Shown here piece by piece: positions 15,811 through 22,847 of a DNA stretch of 27,414 nucleotides. The stretch lies in the NCBI GenBank assembly GCA_964510165.1, contig CAZEBC010000031.1, positions 1 through 27,414 of the forward strand, given 5' to 3'. Under the pieces are notes generated by a model that was not told where the DNA came from, made no database searches, and was given only the letters and a program-made list of their open reading frames with translations. Within the stretch, counting starts at the first letter, position 1. Each line of letters begins with the position of its first letter. The translations under genes and the position numbers were made by a program. This stretch comes from an uncultured bacterium (lineage in GTDB: Bacteria > Abyssobacteria > SURF-5).

Positions 15811-16983
15811 ATGGCGAAAGGCGACACCCTGTTCAAGAGCGGCGCGGTAGTACTGCCCGACACCGTGCTTTTCAAGAGCGACGTGCTCGTGAAGGACGGA
15901 AAGATAGCCGAGGTCGGCCCCGACCTCAGAGCTCCTCGCGGCGCCGAAGTCATCAACGCTTCCGGCCATCACATCGCACCGGGCTTCATTGACCTTCATA
16001 TCCACGGCGCTTCCGGCAACATGTTCGAGTTCGCCGATATCAGCGGTTATACAAAGATAGCCGGGATGCTTGCCAGCTTTGGAACTACCGGCTTTCTCGC
16101 CACGATCGCCGCGATTCCCCACGACAACACGATCGCCGCCATTAGGACCGCAGTGGAATTCTCGACTAACCGCAACGGAGCAAAGATGCTGGGCATCCAT
16201 CTGGAAGGACCGTACCTGAATCCTGAGATGGCCGGCGCGCAGCTTCCCTCTGCCTTGAGACAGCCGTCGCTCGAGGAACTCGATCAGTACAAGGCCGAAT
16301 CCGCCGGCCTGCTGAGGATGATGACCCTGGCGCCCGAACTCGACGGCGCGCTCCTCATGGTCTCGGCGCTCAAACATAGCCGCGTAGTCGCGGCGGCCGG
16401 CCATTCCAACGCCACGTTCGACCAGATGCGCAGCGCCGTCGCCGCCGGCCTGACCCACGTTTCGCATACCTACAACGCCATGCGCGGACTCCATCATCGG
16501 GAGGCCGGCGTTGTCGGAGCGGCGCTCGCAATGGACCTCCTCTCGACAGAGCTTATCTGTGACGGGCATCACGTCACGCCCGCCGCCGTCGATATCGTCC
16601 TGCGATGCAAGCCGCGTGAGAAGGTTGTTCTTATCAGCGATGCCGTGGCCGCACTCGGACTGCCGGAGGGCGAACACGACTTCCTGGGGACGCCGGTCAC
16701 CGTCAAGGGTGGCGCCGTCAGGCTCAAGCATTCCGACGGCCTCGCTGGCAGCGTGCTTACGCTGAACGTCGCGGTCAGGAACCTGTTCGAGTGGTTCGGC
16801 AAGATTTCGTTGCGCGAAATTTTCCACATGGCGTCGCTGAATCCGGCGAAGGCAATCGGAATAGGGGACCAAAAGGGGCAGCTTGCCGTCGGCATGGACG
16901 CCGATATTATCCTGGTCGACGAGCATTTCGAGATCTCGCTCACAATGGTTGAAGGACAAGTCGTGTACCGAAGAACGAGCTAG
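15811..16983 (+). CDS. nagA: N-acetylglucosamine-6-phosphate deacetylase
   Basis: PGFIDLHIHG, GTTGFLAT, GIHLEGPY, TLAPE, GHS, HTYNAM, ICDGHH, ISDA, LAGS, NPA. Confidence 0.95.
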   Translation: MAKGDTLFKSGAVVLPDTVLFKSDVLVKDGKIAEVGPDLRAPRGAEVINASGHHIAPGFIDLHIHGASGNMFEFADISGYTKIAGMLASFGTTGFLATIAAIPHDNTIAAIRTAVEFSTNRNGAKMLGIHLEGPYLNPEMAGAQLPSALRQPSLEELDQYKAESAGLLRMMTLAPELDGALLMVSALKHSRVVAAAGHSNATFDQMRSAVAAGLTHVSHTYNAMRGLHHREAGVVGAALAMDLLSTELICDGHHVTPAAVDIVLRCKPREKVVLISDAVAALGLPEGEHDFLGTPVTVKGGAVRLKHSDGLAGSVLTLNVAVRNLFEWFGKISLREIFHMASLNPAKAIGIGDQKGQLAVGMDADIILVDEHFEISLTMVEGQVVYRRTS

Positions 16984-16991
16984 AGGGAACC

Positions 16992-17660
16992 ATGGAGGTT
17001 TCAAAGAGAAGGCTTGCCCAGGCAACTGTCCGCAAGTACCGGCCCGGCGACAGAGACGCGCTCCGCATCATCTGCTACGAGACCGGCCTCATGGGGGACC
17101 CCATCGAGCCGCACTTCGGGTGTCTCGAACTTTTCGCCGATTACTGGATGAACTACTACACCGACCATGAACCCGAATCGGCGTTTATCGCCGAACTTGA
17201 CGGCGAGATTATCGGCTATCTCGTCGGCTGCAAGGATACAAAGAGACAGGAGGAAATGCAGGCAAAGGTGATCCTGCCGCGCATCCGGCGCAAGCTCTTC
17301 ACCTTCGGCTACAAGCTCGACCGACGCTTCTTCTCCTTCATGTGGAGATACACCCGGAGCATGCTCAGGCACGAATTCCCCGAGGAACCGATCGACGATT
17401 TCCCGGCTCATCTCCACATGAACCTGATTGAGGGCTGCCGAAGCGGCGGCGTCGGCTCGAAACTGATGTCGGCTTACTTCGAGTATCTCCGCGCCAACGG
17501 CGTCAAGGGAATCCACCTTGGTACCACCACGCGCAACAAGCTGGCGGTCCCGTTCTACAAGAAATGGGGGTTTGACCTCGTTTCCCGCCATCCGTTCACA
17601 ATGTACGAGGGGATCGTGCCGGAAAGCATCGAGCTTCTTTTCTTCGCACGCGAGTTGTGA
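16992..17660 (+). CDS. GNAT family N-acetyltransferase (PAHLH subfamily)
   Basis: VRKYRPGDRDAL..IC, FPAHLHMNL, RSGGVGSKL (acetyl-CoA loop), GIHLG...N..A..FYKKWGF. Confidence 0.87.
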   Translation: MEVSKRRLAQATVRKYRPGDRDALRIICYETGLMGDPIEPHFGCLELFADYWMNYYTDHEPESAFIAELDGEIIGYLVGCKDTKRQEEMQAKVILPRIRRKLFTFGYKLDRRFFSFMWRYTRSMLRHEFPEEPIDDFPAHLHMNLIEGCRSGGVGSKLMSAYFEYLRANGVKGIHLGTTTRNKLAVPFYKKWGFDLVSRHPFTMYEGIVPESIELLFFAREL

Positions 17661-17689
17661 CATTCGCCCGAAACGGAAGGGGCCAGCCG

Positions 17690-18697
17690 ATGATCCAGCG
17701 AAAGTTCAACCTCAATGTCTGTATCGCCATCATGGTCGGAGCATTCCTCTTGACGCTCGTGCTGGGGATGTTCCAAAAGCAGTATCACATATTCAATGAG
17801 GCCGACGCCGCCGCTATTCAATTCGTCAAATCCATAAGGACGACATCCTTGAATATTGCGATGACTGTGGTCACGGGCTTTGGGAGCGAACTGGCGCTCA
17901 TGGCGATGGTGTGCATCATATTTTGGCTCGGACATACAGCCGAATTCGTGACTTTTCTGCTCATGCTCCTATTCGGCAACGCCGTCAACTCCCATCTGAA
18001 AGAGTTCTTCGAGCTTTCGCGCCCGCAGAGCCACGAGATCGCGCGAATCGGTGAGGCTGAAGGATATGGCTATCCAAGCGGTCACTCCTTGATCGGAATG
18101 CTTTACGCCTGGCTGATTTATTCGTTCACCCCAAAATACTGGATCGTGTGTCTGCTCGCAGCGCTGTTGATGGCGTTCAGCCGCGTGTATCTCGGCGTGC
18201 ATTACTTCTCCGATACGGTTGGGGGCCTCATCTTTGGGGCCGGCGTTGTGGTCGGCGCCACCGGCATTTACACACACATTCGCGATCTCACAAACCTCCG
18301 CGAAACGGTCCACCGCTTAGCCGCGCTCAGGATAGTCCTTGCTCTCGCGCTCTCGTTTCTCTACCTCATCATTGCGTGGGGCCTGCCCGAGGCCTCGCGA
18401 TACTCCGGCTTTCTCGCCGGCTTTTTCATTGTCTACCCGTTACTCCGTTTTCAATGGCGCTCAAGAAACATCCTCTTCACGATCATCGTCGTCATTGTGG
18501 GTCTCGCGATATTGCTGGGACTCAGGATAGGTATCCAATTACTATTGCCGAATATGGGATGGGCACATTACTTGAGATACTTCATCGTAGGCGGGGTTCT
18601 CGCCTCCTCGCCACTGGTTTTCACCAAGATCGGCCTGCTTAAGAAGCGTGAGGAATCCCCTCCAGACTCCAAGCCTGAGCCCGCCCCGCCTCAATAG
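17690..18697 (+). CDS. PAP2-family integral membrane phosphatase
   Basis: C1 KEFFELSRP, C2 PSGH, C3 SRVYLGVHYFSD; multiple TM helices. ATG 17690 preferred over GTG 17657 because of an upstream AAGGGG. Confidence 0.9.
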   Translation: MIQRKFNLNVCIAIMVGAFLLTLVLGMFQKQYHIFNEADAAAIQFVKSIRTTSLNIAMTVVTGFGSELALMAMVCIIFWLGHTAEFVTFLLMLLFGNAVNSHLKEFFELSRPQSHEIARIGEAEGYGYPSGHSLIGMLYAWLIYSFTPKYWIVCLLAALLMAFSRVYLGVHYFSDTVGGLIFGAGVVVGATGIYTHIRDLTNLRETVHRLAALRIVLALALSFLYLIIAWGLPEASRYSGFLAGFFIVYPLLRFQWRSRNILFTIIVVIVGLAILLGLRIGIQLLLPNMGWAHYLRYFIVGGVLASSPLVFTKIGLLKKREESPPDSKPEPAPPQ

Positions 18698-18758
18698 AAC
18701 CCAGAGTCTTCGCGCGCCCTTGCCCTTGGCACGAACAGATGACACATTTTCTTGAAAC

Positions 18759-20018
18759 ATGCCCGGAAACGATATGCCAAAACCCACATTCGTCGTCATC
18801 GGCGCAAGCACAGCGGGAACATACGCCGCCGTCACACTGCGCAGGGAAGGCTTTGATGGCGACGTCATCCTGATCGGCGCCGAACGCGAACTGCCTTACG
18901 CCCGTCCGCCTCTTTCCAAGGAATATCTTCAGCGCGAACGCGGTCGCGAACGCCTGCTTCTTTGGCCCGAGGCTTTTTATTCGGACCAGGATATAGCGCT
19001 TCGCCTCGGGCGAAAGGTCATCCGCGTGACTCCGCGCGAAAGGGAACTCCGCCTTGATTCCGGGGAAACGATCAGGTTTGACACGCTGCTTATCGCAACC
19101 GGCATGCAGCCGAGGCGGCTTTCTGTTCCGGGGAACGACCTGGAAAATGTCTTCTACCTCCGAACGCTCCGGGACTGCGAGCGCATCGCCGGCACCTGCA
19201 CGCCCGGCAGCCGAGCCGTCATCATTGGGGCCGGCTTCATCGGGATGGAAGTGGCCGCTTCTTTGCGCGAAAGGGAAGTTGAGGTGTCAATCGTCCACCA
19301 GGGAAAGGTCGCGCTCGCCCACGCAATAGGCGAAGAAGTAGGGAGGATACTGACCGAATATCACAAGGAGCAAGGCGTGGATTTCCGGCCCGAATCGGAA
19401 CTCGAGTCCATCGAAGGCGACAAAAAGGCAGAGCGCGTCATCCTGAAGTCCGGCGATACAATCGAGTGCCAGAGCGTGATTATCGGTATCGGCGCGGTTC
19501 CCCAAGCCGATTTCCTGGCCGATAGCGGCGTTGAGATTGACCACGGGATTCCGGTCGATGAATTCTGTCGTGCAAACGTTGACGGAATTTTCGCGGCGGG
19601 AGACGTGACCCGGTTCCATCATCCGGTGGCGGGAAAGAGCATCCACGTGGAACATTGGGATCATGCCCGCCTGCACGGCATGGCGGCGGCTCGGAACATG
19701 CTCGGCGCACAGGTTCCGTATTGCCCCATTCCCTTCTTCTGGTCTGATCAGTACGACCTCAACATCCAGTTTGTCGGATTCCCCGCCCCCTATACTGATG
19801 TCGTATTCAGAGGAGACGTCGGCGAGCATTTCTTCTCCGCCTTCCTGCTCGCTGAACGGCGCCTCATCGGCGCTGTGTGCTTCAACCGATGGAGAGACTG
19901 CCGCGCAAGCAAACGCTTGATAGAGGAAGGCATTCAGCTTGACCCGGAAAAGCTGAAAGATGAGGACCTGCCGCTGGAATCACTCCCCGCCACAGGGTTT
20001 TTGGGAGATGCCGCCTAA
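18759..20018 (+). CDS. FAD-dependent ferredoxin reductase (putidaredoxin-reductase / Rieske dioxygenase reductase type)
   Basis: VVIGAS.AG, PY.RPPLSK, ATG, IIGAGFIGME, FAAGD, EHW..A, PFFWSDQY. Start could be 18774. Confidence 0.9.
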   Translation: MPGNDMPKPTFVVIGASTAGTYAAVTLRREGFDGDVILIGAERELPYARPPLSKEYLQRERGRERLLLWPEAFYSDQDIALRLGRKVIRVTPRERELRLDSGETIRFDTLLIATGMQPRRLSVPGNDLENVFYLRTLRDCERIAGTCTPGSRAVIIGAGFIGMEVAASLREREVEVSIVHQGKVALAHAIGEEVGRILTEYHKEQGVDFRPESELESIEGDKKAERVILKSGDTIECQSVIIGIGAVPQADFLADSGVEIDHGIPVDEFCRANVDGIFAAGDVTRFHHPVAGKSIHVEHWDHARLHGMAAARNMLGAQVPYCPIPFFWSDQYDLNIQFVGFPAPYTDVVFRGDVGEHFFSAFLLAERRLIGAVCFNRWRDCRASKRLIEEGIQLDPEKLKDEDLPLESLPATGFLGDAA

Positions 20019-20038
20019 CCCGAAACTCCAAACCTCAA

Positions 20039-21130
20039 TCACGTCCTCGGGATGATCGATTCCGGCTGCGTCTCGCCGCCGCTTGTCGCCACGCAACGAT
20101 TGAGGATTCTCTCGGGAAGATATCGGCTGAGCTTCTCGGCGCCTCCCCGGTTGAGATGGTCGAGATTGGAGAAGTCGTGCCTGGTCAATCCGGCTTCATC
20201 GGCATTCAGATCGTAAAATTCGATTCCGCTCTCCCGACTGAAACGCTCCATGTAATCCATATAGGCCACATATTCGCCATTCTCGAAAATCCCCATGAAT
20301 TCGTCTGTCACGGGAGCATTCACGAAGATGAGATCGAATCCGCGCTGCTTCGAAAGCGCAACCATCCGCTTCATGGCCCAGTCGGAAGGTCCTTCGATAC
20401 GATAGTCTCTCAACCGGTTGCGGCGATAGTTGGGCTTGTTCCGCATCGCCTTCAGCTTTTCCTCCGATCGAGAGGCGACGGTAAGATACGGGTTTTCGTC
20501 CGGCTTGTACAGTCGCCCCCCTCCATTGGCGAGAATCTCCGCGAGCAACCGCTCGCGGTCAGGCCGCCGCGGACTCTTGAAAAGCATATTCAGACAGGAG
20601 TTCAGCCCTCGAAACGCGCCGAACAGGCCTGCACTGGCTTCCCGCGCATTCCGAAAACTCGGCAGGAGCCGAAGAAGGTCGCCCTGCGAAGCATAGTATT
20701 TCAGCGCGCTCTCCTTGTCCCGGCTGCGTGAGTTGAGCATCGCAACCGACAGTTCCACCACAACGACACGCGGCCTCTTGTCCTCCCCAAGCGCGTCCCG
20801 AAGCACGAAATAGTTCGTGAGAACATGCGAACCCCTCTGGCCGAGATTAAACACCCGCATCTCATCCCCTGAAAGCTCTCGCAGCTCACGCTCCACCGTC
20901 GGTGAGAGTATCCCCTGCTTTATCCGTGACGAACCGATGAATAGTACATCATAATTAATCTCCGCATGTTGATACGCATAGATGTTCACCGCGTCGTTGT
21001 GGAAATCCGGTTGCCAATGCGCAAACTCATACTTTCCCGCCACATGATTCAGCATGGCGAGCAGCATGACTGCAACTGCCAATACACGCAGCGGCTTCAA
21101 ACGCACCAGTTCGCCAAGTATCTTCTTCAT
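20039..21130 (-). CDS. SGNH-like membrane-anchored protein (AlgJ/DltD/PatB-like partner of the MBOAT)
   Basis: N-terminal TM helix, VLFIGSSR (block I Ser), VFNLG, FSNLDHLN (catalytic His region). Lies 3 bp downstream of the MBOAT gene. Confidence 0.75.
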   Translation of the reverse strand: MKKILGELVRLKPLRVLAVAVMLLAMLNHVAGKYEFAHWQPDFHNDAVNIYAYQHAEINYDVLFIGSSRIKQGILSPTVERELRELSGDEMRVFNLGQRGSHVLTNYFVLRDALGEDKRPRVVVVELSVAMLNSRSRDKESALKYYASQGDLLRLLPSFRNAREASAGLFGAFRGLNSCLNMLFKSPRRPDRERLLAEILANGGGRLYKPDENPYLTVASRSEEKLKAMRNKPNYRRNRLRDYRIEGPSDWAMKRMVALSKQRGFDLIFVNAPVTDEFMGIFENGEYVAYMDYMERFSRESGIEFYDLNADEAGLTRHDFSNLDHLNRGGAEKLSRYLPERILNRCVATSGGETQPESIIPRT

Positions 21131-21133
21131 AGG

Positions 21134-22558
21134 TCAGAATTGAAAGTAGTAAAACGGGTTATCTTCAAGATGCAGGAATACGCACAACCCCAAGACAAGC
21201 GTCAAGGCGATCGCCTGGGCCGGCACCGGCGAAGAACTGAATAACTCCTCGCTCCGGCGCTTCCACGTCTCGGGCAAGAAATGCAGCGCGTACCCGAGCG
21301 CCATGACGGCCACCGCCGTGCCCGACACCGGCGTCGAAAGACGCCAGCCCTCCAATGAAAAGAGCTTCGTGAAAATCACCCGAGCGTCCCACATCGTGTC
21401 GGACCTGAATAGGACGGTGCTGATCGCAGTCGCATGGAACGTCAGGATTGCGGCCAGCACGTCGCGGTACCAGACTCTCTTCGCTCCCACCGGCGCGCCC
21501 CGTATCTTTCGCAGGAATCGTTCCGCGGAGATGAATGCTCCATAGGAAACCCCCCAGAATACGAACGTCCAAGACGCCCCATGCCACAGCCCTATCAACG
21601 ACATCGTCAGCATGATGTTCACGTACGTCCGAATGCTCCCCTTCCTTGCGCCGCCCAACGGGAAATATACAAAGTCCCTGAACCACGCCCCCATGGTGAT
21701 GTGCCAGCGTTCCATGTATTCCTGCACGCTTCTCGCCTTATACGGCGACCTGAAATTGACCGGCAACTCGAAACCCAGCAATCGCGCGCTCCCAATCGCA
21801 ATATCCGAATAGCCCGCGAAATCGCCGTATATCTGCAACTTGAACCCGTATACTGCAAGCAGCACGGAAAGCGCTCCGTAGGCGCCCGGGTCCGCAAATA
21901 CGCTGTCCACAAGCCGGAACCCGACGTAATCAGCCAAAACGATCTTCTTGAAAAGACCCTTAAGGATATTGTAGAGTCCCGAACTCATGCGGTAAGCATC
22001 CGCCTCTGGCACGCGCTCAAGTTGCGGAAGAAACTGGCTCGCCCTGACAATGGGGCCCGCCACCAACTGGGGGAAGAACGACGTGAACAGGGCCAGCTCG
22101 ATAATGCTGGAACACGGCTTGATTTTTCCTTGATAGATTTCGATCGTATAGCTCATGGTCTGGAATGTATAAAACGAGATGCCCACCGGCAGCAACACAT
22201 CCAGTGCCGGTATGATCGGCTCCAGACCGGCCCACGATGCCGCAACGTTCAGGTTCTCCGAAAAGAAATTGAAGTACTTGAACGTCCCAAGCACCCCGAG
22301 ATTTCCCGCGATGCTCACGCCGAGCAACGCCTTCCGTATCCGGGGCCGCCGTTCTCGATAGATCGCCTTGGCCACAACGTAATCCAGGGCTATCGAGAAC
22401 ACAAGAAGCCCCAAGTACCTCACGTTCCAGCACATGTAGAAATAGAACGAGCAGGCAAGCAGAAAGCACTGTCGCATGCCCCGATTCTCGCGCATGCTCC
22501 AGTACAGAAGAAACACCACGACGAGAAACACGCCAAACTGCGCGCTGTTGAATAGCAT
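21134..22558 (-). CDS. MBOAT O-acyltransferase (AlgI/PatA/DltB-like)
   Basis: MLFNS, FKYFNFF, LPVGISFYTFQTMSY, FFPQLVAGPIVR, QIYGDFAGYSDIAIG, RWHI..WFRD.VY.PLGG, GLWHGA, C-terminal PFYYFQF. Confidence 0.95.
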   Translation of the reverse strand: MLFNSAQFGVFLVVVFLLYWSMRENRGMRQCFLLACSFYFYMCWNVRYLGLLVFSIALDYVVAKAIYRERRPRIRKALLGVSIAGNLGVLGTFKYFNFFSENLNVAASWAGLEPIIPALDVLLPVGISFYTFQTMSYTIEIYQGKIKPCSSIIELALFTSFFPQLVAGPIVRASQFLPQLERVPEADAYRMSSGLYNILKGLFKKIVLADYVGFRLVDSVFADPGAYGALSVLLAVYGFKLQIYGDFAGYSDIAIGSARLLGFELPVNFRSPYKARSVQEYMERWHITMGAWFRDFVYFPLGGARKGSIRTYVNIMLTMSLIGLWHGASWTFVFWGVSYGAFISAERFLRKIRGAPVGAKRVWYRDVLAAILTFHATAISTVLFRSDTMWDARVIFTKLFSLEGWRLSTPVSGTAVAVMALGYALHFLPETWKRRSEELFSSSPVPAQAIALTLVLGLCVFLHLEDNPFYYFQF

Positions 22559-22649
22559 ATCTTTGGATTGGTTCTGCTACTAGGTAATGAACACCTCGCA
22601 GGAAGGAAGACTGTCCCGCTCCCTAACGGAACTCTTGCCCAGCGCGAAG

Positions 22650-22679
22650 ATTATATTGGGCCGGAGGCAACAAAGTCAA
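22650..22679 (-). promoter_or_regulatory. Sigma70-type promoter for the MBOAT-SGNH operon
   Basis: - strand TTGACT (22679-22674), 18 bp, TATAAT (22655-22650). Confidence 0.7.
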
Positions 22680-22749
22680 GCGCACGGCGAAGCCCGTGTT
22701 CGCTCGCTTCTCGCCGTGTTCAACCGTGTTCGTGGCGCGTCCCACGCGC

Positions 22750-22778
22750 TTGACAATCGCACGCGGGGGCGATATAAT
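22750..22778 (+). promoter_or_regulatory. Perfect consensus sigma70 promoter for the radical SAM gene
   Basis: TTGACA (22750-22755), 17 bp, TATAAT (22773-22778). Confidence 0.88.
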
Positions 22779-22790
22779 TACGCTCAAATA

Positions 22791-22808
22791 TGAATGAACA
22801 GTCATTCA
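22791..22808. promoter_or_regulatory. 18-bp palindromic operator TGAATGA-ACAG-TCATTCA (TetR-type, FadR/YsiA-box-like)
   Basis: Perfect 7-bp inverted arms just downstream of the predicted transcription start. Confidence 0.8.
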
Positions 22809-22847
22809 CTTATTGCGGCTCGCATTCATGAAGGGGGGTTAGGTTCC

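Noticed and set aside
15199-17025. 608-aa ORF on the - strand
   Set aside because: Antisense shadow of the SIS and nagA genes with no recognisable motifs; long shadow ORFs are expected in GC-rich coding DNA.
18726-18742. Sigma54 promoter (TTGGCACG) before the ferredoxin reductase, and TTGGCAG near 12696
   Set aside because: The conserved GC of the -12 element is missing at the required 10-bp spacing in both.
22794-22847. N-terminal 18-aa extension of the radical SAM ORF
   Set aside because: That ATG lies within the operator and has no RBS; ATG 22848 has a purine-rich RBS and a typical domain start.
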